Positions 27,655 through 39,415 of a DNA stretch of 64,000 bases are shown piece after piece. Every line of letters starts with the position of its first letter. Position 1 is the first letter of the stretch. The notes beneath the pieces are model-generated. The model did no database searches. It saw nothing but the letters and a program-made list of their open reading frames with translations, and was not told the DNA's origin. The translations under genes and the position numbers were made by a program. Source of the stretch: Mytilus trossulus (lineage: Eukaryota); the NCBI RefSeq assembly GCF_036588685.1, contig NC_086373.1, forward strand, positions 1,984,001 to 2,048,000, written 5' to 3'.

Positions 27655-27857
27655 AGCAGGATCTGCTGACCCCTTTAAAGCACCTAAGGTCAACAACAAA
27701 ATTTGGTGGGGTTCATGTTGCTCAGTCTTTAGTTTTCTGTGCTGTGTTTTGTGTACTTTTATTTGCCTAGTTTGTTTTCGTTCTTAGCATTGGTGTGGTC
27801 AGTTTATTTTTGACATATTGATTTGAATGTCTCGCTGTTATCTTTCGCCCCTCTTTT
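27655..27857 (+). mobile_element. Dispersed repeat (gcaggatctgct-acccttc..gtggggtt-gtgttgctcagtctttagtttt family)
   Basis: Related copy at ~54228-54435 and an inverted remnant at ~760-900. Confidence 0.6.
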
Positions 27858-29570
27858 ATCGGACAACATACAATCATAACAAAACATGATTCAGTGCATA
27901 TTCATCTTCTTTTTTTATTGTTCTTTAAATCTGATTTATTGTAAAATAATGATAGCTGTTATCTGTAGAATCGATGTTTAACGACTTAACTTTACTTTTA
28001 TGGACAAAATAAGACAGTAAAGTAGCCTATCTTAAGCTTTATAACTTTTAGTAATAACACAGCCTTTTACGGAATTAGTATATGACGCAGCTACATACAT
28101 TGCATTAATCTTTTATATCATATTTCTTTTCAAATCCAATTCTGTTTATACAAATATATACTAATAAATAATAATTTCAAAGGCGATGTTGGATTAGATT
28201 ATTGTATTCGAACAGCTTCAATGGCGTCAGTTTGACCTTTGAAAATATATGTGTTACCAAATCGGATCCTTAAATACTTTATAGTTTTACCTTTATGATA
28301 ATTTGAAGTGTTGATGTCAATGCTAGGACGACTTCTTTCGAACATTGGATTCGATGGTAAATCTATATAAGATTTGCTTGCAAACCTAACGAAGAAAAAC
28401 TTGCCAATTATTTTGTCAGTATAATTGGCCTCTGATCTATCTATTTCAATACTCTGATGTTATTTTTTTCCTCATAAAAACCTGTCAAAATCGTGATATA
28501 GTTATAAATGATTCACGTATCAAGCTCCATTGTGAATTTTTGTTTGCTTTTATCATGAACTTCTATTTTTTACTGTTGTTCAATCATTTTTTAGGCACAA
28601 TGTGACTAAAATTACTGTCTACATTGCATGCTCCGTTGTGTAGTCATGACAAACTCAATACTTTTATATTGTTGATCTAAAGATTTCCATATTTATTTTA
28701 TCATAAATAGTGCTCATATGTGATATGTGTTCTTGTTGGTAAATGTTGTTTAGGCAGCATTCAGATGGAATAACTGTACAAAAAAGACAGGATAAATGAC
28801 ATCTTATTTTGGAAGAGTATCATTTGTAGAAAAAAAGAACGGTGCATGACATTAATTAAAAGTGCACACTGATGTCCAAATTCTGACCACAAGCTAGCAC
28901 CAATAGATACGTATAGTAAACTCTTTGCAGTCAAGACGAGTCTCAACTAATCACTTTTAATGTACCTATGTAAATTTTGTAAGATTTATGCTGTGCAAAT
29001 GATAGGTCTTGACCATTTTCTTGTATCTAAAACTGAAAAATAAAAAGTTCATAAAAACTGAGTTTGAAAATTAGCTGAGATTTGTTTTCCGTGACCCTAT
29101 ATGAATCAGGTATACACATTAACCTTGGCCTGTAATGTGTAATGGTTTACTTTTATAAATTGTGACCGTTAGATGGAGAGTTGTCACATTGGCACTCATA
29201 CCACATCTTCCTATATATACATATATGGTAACGTTGCATATGTCAATGAGACATAATTAAATGACACACATACCCACAATACATCTAGAAATTAAAATTG
29301 TCTTTCAAACCGAGTCGACTAATGTTCAAAATTCAACAAAAGCACATAAAGTAGCAAAATCTGCCACTAACCCCATCATCACAAGGGACACATACACAAT
29401 ACTATATAACTAATGACGATCATTGAAGAGGTTCGATTATCAGTAAATTTTTGACCAAAATATTCTCTGTAAAACTAAACAAAAATGAGGACAGGCAAAT
29501 AACTTTTAATATCCCTTATATATATGTAAACACACACTATATACATTTGGCAATATAATGATATACGTCT

Positions 29571-29988
29571 TCAGTGTCTTTTGTACTGGAAATAGTCTGT
29601 ATCTGATTGTTGTGAGTTGTACCGGGAATTTCTATTGGAAACATAACTGCTAGCTTTGCTTGGTTGAGGTGCCGGATATTTCTTAAATCCGGACAGTCCA
29701 GCATATTTAGAGTCCTGGTTTACTCTGTTCGGACTATGTCTAGGAGTAGAACTGGTTCCGAATGTCGATTCTCCGTAAGTCTTGTTGTTAAACCTCTGGT
29801 CTTCTACTTCCATCATTTCATCGGTAGTAGAATCCGATACCTTCCGAATCTTTATAAAATCCTGTGTAGCTATCGACGACGGTACATCATTAATAAAACC
29901 CGTGCTATGCACGAAATCATCGCTACAGAACACTGTAGAAATGGCTTCTGAAGTTAAATCAACGTTCTTTCGGCTCTTATATAGAACC
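29571..29988 (-). CDS. Gene B exon 7, cytoplasmic tail
   Basis: Basic stop-transfer VLYKSRK; SKYAGL, KYPAPQPS; ends YFQYKRH*. Confidence 0.8.
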
Positions 29989-32900
29989 CTAAACAAAAAC
30001 AAAATAATATTACTAGTAATAGTTTGTATAGAGATTTCCTTCAGACCATTTGGACTAGTGATATGAACGCACAACTTTATTAGCAGGTGCTTGTTTTGAA
30101 TCTAACTAGGCATGTAATTTTTTTATTTATCTAATTATAATCATTTAATGATGAATATCGATATTTATACTAAAACTAGAAGAAGAAAAAAACACTAACA
30201 AAAAAGATCGACCTTTTTAAGATCTGATCGGTCTTTGGTCCAGTGTAAACGGGTAAGATCGATCTTCAATCGGACTTAAAAAGTCTACCTCTAATGGTGG
30301 TTTTAAAAAGATCGATCTTATTTGAATCGATCTTTTTTTCAGGTGTTTGTTATATTTAGATAGGAAAATAAAGGTCTGACCGGTTCTTTTTATGTTGTAT
30401 AGTGTAAACGCACTAGATTAAATAATATCGATCTCAATTGATCCTGCTTATGCAATGAAAACGCGAACTGGTCTTTTTAAGGTCGATTCAAAAAAAGATT
30501 GATTCAATTTCGTTGTCAGTGTAAACGGGGTCTTAGTCGTGATTTTTTTACGCTTTCAAGTAAAATATTTAGATTGGTTTTCCCAAATTTTCTGTAAATT
30601 GTAAATACTTTATTATACACAATTGAACAACTTTTTATATCAACAGCAGACCCACAATTCAACCTATTTTTATCATTTAAATTGAAAATATCAAAGGATA
30701 TCGCATTCAAAGTGAAATATTGCTTAAAAAAGGGGTACTAGATTGCCTGTCCTCATTTCCGTTTTTACCAAATAATGTTACTGTTATAATTCGTCCATAT
30801 TATATTTTTTTCTAGAATTACCTGATAATCATCAGAGCAATGATGATAACCGCCAAAGCAAATAGGGAAATTGTTATTCCAAGGGCTATCGTGGAATTGG
30901 GATTATCTGTAAATAAAAATTATAAAAATATAAACTGAATCATATGATAAATTCCCATCCTACAATTTTGAATCAACTGCAAAAAAAACAGACTGCCAGC
31001 TGTCAATAGTTATAAGAAGATGTTGTATGAGGGCCAATGAGACAACGTTCAATAAGTAAAAAGTCTAGTAAAAAGTAAACCAAGTACGGTCTTCAACACG
31101 GAGCCTTTGCTCACACCGAACAGCAAGGATTCAAAATTACTAGTGATAAAGCATTTAAAGAGGTCTAATCTATTGAAAACGAAAAAAAGAGAAACTCGTA
31201 TGAACCACATCAACAAACGATAACCACGGAACAAAATGTTCCTGTTGAGTGCTCTTGTGTTTGTCCGTATACCTGTCACATAGTTGTCATTTCAGCTATA
31301 TATTTTTTAACATTACCATACAAGCGTGAGGTTTGGCTAACCATAAAACCAGAATTTAATCCCTGACTTTTTTTCTAAAAAAAAATGTCTTGTAGCAAGT
31401 CAATAATTTGAGTCATTGATAGCTGTTATACAAAATCAAGTAGATCATTTCTAAGTTTGTATGCGTTTGTTTTTTATGCATGTCAGTGATTATGTTGTTC
31501 CGTTGTCATCCTCTTATAGTTGATGTGTTTCGTTTGGTTTTAAATTGTAATATGGAGTTATTTATCTCAATCGATTAATGACTTTTGAACAGCAGAATAC
31601 TGCTATTGCCTTTATCCAGGACATGTTTAAACAGATGCAGCGGGGTTTAACGCTTTGACAGGCGCCAACCTTCATCATAACCTGAGGTAGCTTTCCTACC
31701 TTGTCTTATAATATTGACTTACTTTTCTATATTAAGCAGGTAATGAGATATTAGTATGACTTTTGCTCTATAAATTGAGATACTTTTGGTTGAATCATAA
31801 ATTGATGTTCCCCACCCCACTTTCAGTCTAATCTTACACTACTGTTTATTTCGTTAGCTTATAAAGTTGAAACAACGATGACAATTTACCTTTCTTTGTA
31901 TTTTCTTGTTTAACATCAACAGTTGGAGATGTCGACAGATCTTTGCTATCTGTAAAAGAAAGAAAAAATGTCAGAAATTGTAACTTTATTCGGTAATACC
32001 ATGTCGTTTTTTTTATACTGAAACAGGGAAACATGCGAAAATAGCTGCTGATTATAACTCTATGAACATTTTCTAAAGATTATTTAGCATCAGTTCATAG
32101 GATTACTAAGTGTTGACCAAAACATGATAACACCACAAGCTTTTGCTTGGATATACTTGCCTCATTTTCAAAAAATTGATATCGCTGCATTTTTTTTTCT
32201 CGCCTTGTTATTTGATAGACAAGATAGTAGTAATTAACATTTCACCACTGTTTAAGGTGTGTCCGTGTTGGCTAATCTTTAGTTTACCATGTAATGTTTG
32301 TTAAACTATTGTTTGTCTTTTCGCATTTTTATTTATTTTAAAATAGGGCTATGTGTTCTTCAAATTATGTTTTACCGTCATAATATTAACTGAAACTTTA
32401 ATACTGTACTATATCATAGTTTTGAAACATATGTAGATCTTAGTAACTAGACCAACACTGATAAAATGAAAGAAAGTTAGGTACCTGGTGGCTCTGACAC
32501 GTTCGCCTTAAAAGTTGTTAAACTGTCTGCTATGGTATAGTGAACTTTACTTGGCACAACCGAAATCACTTTTAAGATTTTTGGGGTGGTATTCGAAAAA
32601 TTGAGTGGCAATATACTTTGAAGAGCTGATGTTGAAGATAAGAGTTCCATGTTTGTTGTGATAAAGTTTGGTTCTTGGCTACTAAACAAAATTTGATTAT
32701 TCGGGGAAACAAATCCAGACGAGGAACCAGTTGTATAGAAATTAAGATTACCAGTTGTTTGAAGGTCGATTTTGTTCGAGATAACAACCCCTGATACATT
32801 TGACAGCGTCGGGGTATAACTGGTAAACGGTGAAGATTCTGTTGTAGACGGTTCTAAATTTGTAAGATAGTTTTCCGTTTTGGTTGATGGTTTCTCTGTC

Positions 32901-35900
32901 GTAGTTTGTCTTCCCAATTCGGTTGTAGATCCGACTGTTACACTATCTAAACATAAACAAACAAAAAGTTGCGTGCAAATATCCCGACGAAGTTAAAAAA
33001 GGATAACTTGCAAAGTATTCGTAAGTTAAATACTTATTCTATACTTGCCAGCTATAAGAATTAATAAGACCAAATTTACTTGACTTTAATGTATTTTCTA
33101 TATAAAAATCCTCTTACACAATTTGACTGTTTATTTGTTTGTAATTTGTGTTTCAGATTCATTCTGTGGTCAAAGATACTTAGAATAATATTTTGAAGTA
33201 CTACAAGTTTGGTAGGCACATAGCAAATTTTAGGAGAAATAAAAAAAAACATGAATTGCGAACAGATCTGTATAGTCTTGTTTAGATATGCTATCATTTT
33301 AAACTATGTTCTCAAAAAGATCTTGTGTGTTTGCGGGTTTATCATTTGTCTTGAATATTTTGATACTTGAGACTCATTAATCACACCAAGTGATGTTGTA
33401 CTTTGACTTACTACATTATATATATAACATCATTATCATTGTTTTGTGTTATGGTGTTAAGTGTTAGTTGTTGTACCTTTTCTATTCAAAACAATGAAAG
33501 TCGTGTTCCTGCACGAGTCGTTCCTCGCAAAACTAAGTATATACTTGTTTCCTAGATGTATAGCAGTTTTGGTGACATTTAGACGAAACAATGCTCTTTT
33601 ACGACTAGTCGTGAGATTGTAAAGTAGGCCGGAATTGCAGTCTTGAAGCCATAACGAAGGGCTGCACTCCAATGGTAAAATAAGAATGGTTATTGAATAC
33701 AATGAAGAAGCATTTTGAAATGCAATGTTTTGAGTTTCTTTGCTATTGATCTTGAACTGTCTGTGTGTTGAATCATATATCTGACCTGTTAAAATAAAGA
33801 TATTTAGTATTTCATATTGAAACTACATCGTATTTAACCTAACTCCGATTATTAAAGTTAGTTTATTTAAACATTGATTTGACAATTCATCAGAAAGTAA
33901 GAACTGCTCCCTCTTTTATTGCAAAAGTTGAATTTTAATTCGTATAATGATATGTCTCTGTGTAATATAGTTCTGTCCTTTATGGTACCGATTTTCTACT
34001 ATAAAAATGTAGTAAATCGAAGTACCATACATTCTGCAAAGTATGTTTACGAACTAAAACAACTGCGTTCAGACAATAATAGGACATTCCAGATAATTGA
34101 GGATACTAATCCGACTTTTTCACTTTTCGTGTCGTATCGCTGTCTAATGCGGGGTTCACACATTGCCGATTATTGCTCCCGATTGAGATCAGACAGCAAT
34201 ACGACACGAAAAGTGAAAAAGTCGGATTAGTATCCTCAATTATCTGGAATGTTCTATCATTGTCTGAACGCATTCGTTTTAGTTCGTAACAGATTCCTAC
34301 GGATCGGGAAGGGTCCGAATAGTTCGGCAAAGCATCCCGACAGTTAGGTGCGTCCCGTAACATTCGGGGCAACTCAGCCGATTTTGTCTAGTCGGATTAC
34401 AATCGTGGCTATGTCGTGACAGATTCTGCTGTATCGGATCGAATTCCGAACAATGTCTTGTGTATTCTGGACGGTGTCCTGTGGAACGGGAATGATCTGG
34501 AGTAATTTTTCATAGTTGTTTTTCTGCCGATTGAGTCCAGATTGCATCCAGATCTTGTCGATTGCGAACCGTTTTTTGCCGAAACCGTTCCGAAACAGTC
34601 CCGTTATTAATACGAAATTCGTCAATGATACCCACGTCAGAGTCCCGACAATTACAGAATACAATACGACTGAGACCAGACAAAGCCGTTTGCAATGCGA
34701 TAGAGCGGACTATGATAGGATTACGTTCCGACAGTACTTGATCATCCCGAATATGCCGACAGTTTTCGAACGGATAACTTCCGTCAGCGTCGGTTCACTG
34801 TCCGGTCACTGTCTGATCTCAGTCGGATAACATTCGGTAGAGTCGGGACGCAGTCGTGACAGACTCGGTCGAATTTTACCTGGCGAAAAATACAAATCGG
34901 ATTAGAAGCGGATTCAGAACGGTATTATCGGGACTAATTCGCTTAGAAACGGTTGAATATCGGTGCTTCCTGAATACTATCTGATTGTTGTCGTGATCAA
35001 ATTATTTTTTTTACAAATTTTAATTTAAGTTTGAATTTCCATCCACGATTCACAGGATCTTGATCAGACTTTTAATAAATTTTAATCGGGAATGGTCCTG
35101 TCAAGAACGGTAGTAAAAATCGTGAATGTGTGACCCCAGCTTAATCTAAAACTGGAGCAATAATCGGCAATGTGTGAACCCCGCATTACCTGGTGAAATT
35201 CGATCGAGTCTGTCACGACTGCGTCCCGATTCTTCCGAATCAAATTCGATAGAAATCAAACAGTGACTAGACAGTGAACCGACGCTGACGGAAGTTATCT
35301 GTTGGAAAACTGTCGGCATACTCGAGATGATCATGTACTGTTGGAACGTAATCCTATCACGGTCCGCTCTATCGCATTGCAAACGGCTTTGTCTGGTCTC
35401 AGTCGTATTGTATTTTGTAATTGTCGGGACTCTGACTTGTGTATCATTGACGAATTTCATATTAATAACGGGACTGTTCCCGAACGGTTTAGGCAAAAAC
35501 GTTTCGCAATCGGCAAGATCTGGATCGAATCTTGACTTAATCGGCAGAAAACAGCAATGAAAAATTTCCCAAGATCATTCCCGTCCCACAGGACACCGTA
35601 AAGAATACACAGAACATTGTTAGGATTTTGATCCGATACCGTCAGCATAATCTGTCACGACACAAGCACGACTATCATCCGACTAGACACAATCGGATGA
35701 GTTTCTACGAATGTTACGGGACGCCCATATATAATTGTCGGGGTGCTTCGCCGAACTATTCGGACCCTTCCCGACCTGTAGGAATCTGTTACGAACTTAT
35801 ACGACTTTGTTCAGCTAATGATAGAACATTCGAGATAATTGAGGACAGTAATCCGACTTTTTTCATTTTTCGCGTCGTATCGCTGTTTGGTCTCAAACGG

Positions 35901-37940
35901 GAGCAATAATCGGCAATGTGTGAAAGTCGCATACGAGACATAGTAAGGCCGTTAGTTTTAGGCCCCACATAAGGAACATAATAAGGCCGTCTCATTGGCA
36001 ATAATACCACATCATCTTTTAATATATACATATGTAGTAGAAATAAAATTAGTAGTGAACTTCTTTTTTCAAAGTCGAAATTTGGCATTTCAAATCTGTA
36101 AATTTCGATTTTAACTCGAAATTTTAACTTTTAAAATCTCGAAATTTTGACTTTAACTTAAAACTTTGACATTCTTTGATCTTGAAATTTATTCAAACCA
36201 AAAATTTCTGTCAACATGCATGTTCTTTCCGAATGAAAAAAAATCAAATTTACAATTTTTACTTATTCGGAATTCAGAAATTTGAGAAGGTCAAAAATTT
36301 GGGAGTCAGTCGAAATTTTAAAATCTGGAATGTCAAAATTTCGAATTTGAAAAATATTTCATTACAAATTTTATGTTAACCATGTCCCTAATACGCTTTC
36401 GTAAGAAATACTTTGAAAAAACAAGGGTTCATGCTTTTTATTAGATATATATATACTATTGGGAGTAAAAAACCAGCGAATTGATCTTTTGATAATAAAA
36501 AACAAATGTTTGGACTTTAACGGTGCTTTTTTGTGGACTTTAGCGGAACTTGTTATTGTGGACTTTAACGGCGTATTCTTGTGGACTTAAGCGGAGGTCA
36601 TTTTGTGGACTTTAGCGGCGTTGTGGACTTTAGCGGAAAATTGTTGTGGACTTTAGCGGTGTTGTGGACTTTAGAGTAATTTTGGACTTTAACGGTGCCA
36701 CAATGGTATATTCTACTATTAAATGTATTGTGTAGCGTGATTTTCGATTAATATTCATTTCAGTGTTTTGTAACGATATTTCATGATCTTTATTAAAGGT
36801 TGCATTGCACAGAAATTAACAAGTTACCGCGACCAAATTAAACGTAATTCATGGCTAACAATTTCGGCCATGTATATATAATAAATTGTTTTTAGATTCG
36901 GACGCATTTTTGAGAGAGAATCGAATTTCACAATCTGTATACATTTGTTAGTTAATACATATTTTATCTTACCGCTGTGGCATGAATGTTTGGTACCATT
37001 AGTTACATGTTTGGTATTAATACTATTTACTGCATTGCCTGAAAAATAATACCGGGATTTGAAGGTGTTATATCAGAATGATTTAAATATCACATGTGTA
37101 TGTATATACTAGTATACGGACAGACTTGGCTATCGTGTAAAAAAGCTAACATCTAGAGATGCTTGAGAAATTCATGTTCAGTGGCAAGTATCATGATCAG
37201 GTTCATAAAAAACACGGGATGTTATATGGTGCATATGGGTGCAACCACGCAAAATCAGTAAGTCCCTAAAATGTTAGTTAACAAGACACCGTAGTATGAA
37301 CCCTGCCTTTCTGAAACCCCTTTGGCAATAGTGTGTCTATATCTCTAAAACACCATATAAAGAAACATGCATTAGCATATCTCGTAAAAAAATGAGATAC
37401 GTACAATTGTCCATGATTTAGAAGGTGGTATTAACAAGGTTACAAAAAAATAACATTGTTACATCTATGAGTCTTCCAACTAAAAAGAAGAATTCATACT
37501 TTAAACCAAAAAATAATACTGCAAGTAGTAATTTGTATGACTCTTTTGGATTTGGACTACCAATTAAGTGTAGCACTGCTGGCAAGTTGTATGGATTGCT
37601 CCTTGTATCTTTGATGCTTATCAAGACACTCGAGTAAGTCTTTTGACGTTATTTTAACATTGAGGGTAGAATATACGTTTTCACAATATTATAAACAGCC
37701 TTAAACCAAATGCAGTCACGTCAATGTTTATACACAAAAAATGGGATATTAAAAATATGTTTGTGATATACTTTTTTTATATTGATTGATATTATTTAAG
37801 TTTACAGTCTAACAACGTTTTTACCAAATAAAGTAAGAAATTAAAAAGGTTATAGGTTCGATATGAATTTAAAAAATACCTTTGACTCCTAATATCACCA
37901 ATTGTAACCAGCAAGCAGACATTAACAATTTAGACTCCAT
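29571..37940 (-). CDS. Gene B: uncharacterised type I membrane protein, 486 aa (signal peptide, N-glycosylated beta-rich, possibly CUB-like ectodomain, Ser/Thr mucin stalk, TM, ~135-aa Tyr-rich tail)
   Basis: Exons 37880-37940 (MESKLLMSACWLQLVILGVK), 36973-37038, 33477-33785 (GQIYDSTH..LECSPSLWLQDCNSG..YILSFARNDSCRNTTFIV), 32485-32946 (S/T-rich), 31890-31949, 30822-30906 (TM IALGITISLFALAVIIIALMII), 29571-29988 (tail). All GT-AG, phases 1,1,1,1,1,2, 1461 nt open throughout. Confidence 0.83.
30200..30533. mobile_element. Harbinger-like MITE remnant in the last intron of gene B
   Basis: Repeated agtgtaaacg and (g)atcgatct motifs; terminus cagtgtaaacggggtct followed by tag. Confidence 0.5.
30822..30906 (-). 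CDS. Gene B exon 6, transmembrane helix (not in the ORF track)
   Basis: DNPNSTIALGITISLFALAVIIIALMIIR; tttacag acceptor, AG|gtaatt donor. Confidence 0.8.
32485..32946 (-). CDS. Gene B exon 4, mucin-like stalk
   Basis: Ser/Thr/Pro-rich 154-codon exon, phase 1-1. Confidence 0.8.
33477..33785 (-). CDS. Gene B exon 3, globular ectodomain
   Basis: ttttaacag acceptor, AAAG|gtacaa donor; sequons NAS, NLT, NVT, NDS, NTT; 3 Cys. Confidence 0.78.
34148..35141 (+). mobile_element. PIF/Harbinger-like MITE, 994 bp, TAA TSD
   Basis: Imperfect TIRs TGCGGGGTTCACACATT / AATGTGTGACCCCAGCT; TAA at 34145-34147 and 35142-35144. Confidence 0.8.
35187..35930 (-). mobile_element. Inverted, truncated older copy of the same Harbinger-like MITE
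   Basis: Diverged reverse complement of ~34148-34885; ends gggagcaataatcggcaatgtgtgaaagtcgca. Confidence 0.8.
36505..36702. repeat. Array of (G)TGGACTTTA(G/A)CGG units, probable subterminal repeats of a MITE end
   Basis: About 9 copies, ending ..ggactttaacggtgccACA; same architecture as the element at 42512-43290. Confidence 0.7.
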
Positions 37941-39415
37941 ATCCGTTCCATGAAACAAGTATCTTTGACTAACACAACAAAGGAGACAGGTGGAACGTGA
38001 TCGTATCTGTATTCTTTATCTCCACTAAATATTATATTTACTTCTTTATCTTCTAGTATCAAACTCTTTGTTTAAGAATGATACATGCGTACTCCGTTCA
38101 TTTTTTTCCCATTTTTTAACGAATGATCAATGTTCTTCTATTTATCGTTTTTATTTTTTTATTGTTTGAGCCTCAGTCTCCTTCCACTTTTTATCTTTAT
38201 GATTAGTTGTCGGGCCCCTCTCCCCCCCCCCCCCCCCCAAAAAAAAACCAACCCCACACACACAAAAACACATGGTTGCACAAAAAAATACAGCTAATTG
38301 AGTACCCGTAGGCCAACTTAAACTGGTGTAAAACTGATACAGGTGCTTGGGAAAGGTCTACAGTTCGAGCTTCACTAGTGGCACCCGCCTTTTGTTCAAA
38401 TCATTTGATAAGTCATATATCATTAACGCTGATAGACAACATATAAAAGCAGATTTGTATATATCTCTCCCTTTTGTCAAAGACATTACTTTACAGAGGT
38501 GTTTTTTCTCAAAAAATATTTTCATGACACATGCAGGAACAGACTCGTTTCCCACCTTTCGGTACTACATATGCAAGCAATAGGAAACATGGACTACAGT
38601 CTCCTGTGAACGATGAGATCTAAATCAAAGATGGCGTAAAATAATAGTTTTGAATGGAAATATAGGAAACACGTTCAACACATATCATTATGTAACTGGT
38701 ATAATACCACTGGCACTGTCTCGTCTCTGAAGATCTCTGAATATACATTTAGTTTAAAAGTTTAGCAACCGACAACTATCTTCAAAATCATGACATAAAA
38801 CGCGGTATAAGGTTTTGATTTTCGTATTAACATTGGAGATACATGCTCTTCATATGTTTTAAAGATTTCACATTTCCATTTTAGATGAATCGTATTGTTT
38901 ATGAACAGAAATGATTCTGACAGCCTAAAAAACAAATATTTCAAAATTTGTACAATACATAACCTGGCCTAAACAATCGTTGGTGTGATTGTAATATTAT
39001 CTTAATTTTTTTGGAAAGCATTTTGACCGCCTTCCTTTGGCCGTTCTTTAGACCGAAAATTCAAATTGTAAAAAATTATCAAAACTATCAATTTCATTTT
39101 ATATTTCATTTCAATCTTTTTATTTATATTCAGAATATAGAAGCAATTACTTTATTTGTGGTAAAGAGTTTTATTATTTGTAAAACAACGAGAAATTTAT
39201 GGAAATATTTGTGAAAAGAGGGGTGACTATCAATTATATTACGATTTTCACTACAACAAAGTATCGATCCTTTAGCTGATAATGTTCTTTTTGCATATAT
39301 CTAAAATACCTTCAAGGAATAAACATATTAGATAAGATATTCAACAGGTGTAAGATAATATACAAACAAACAAATAGTATACAACTGTGACCAGAATGAC
39401 AAAAGATGACAAAAG
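37941..39415. promoter_or_regulatory. Putative shared (bidirectional) promoter region between genes B and A
   Basis: Start codons diverge 1476 bp apart; several AGATAA/TTATCT sites and CAGGTG E-boxes (~37987, 38340, 39345); TSSs not determined. Confidence 0.4.

Noticed and set aside
29664-30066. Plus-strand ORFs of 95 and 94 aa
   Set aside because: Antisense shadows of the last exon of gene B.
33919-36088. Cluster of overlapping 60-116-aa ORFs on both strands
   Set aside because: All lie in inverted copies of one GC-richer MITE; no transposase or Myb motifs; the duplicated peptides simply mirror the inverted repeat.
38222-38238. Poly-C tract between the receptor genes (also poly-G at ~8261 and poly-C at ~42240)
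   Set aside because: Such homopolymers occur repeatedly in this window, often within repeats; no specific regulatory evidence.
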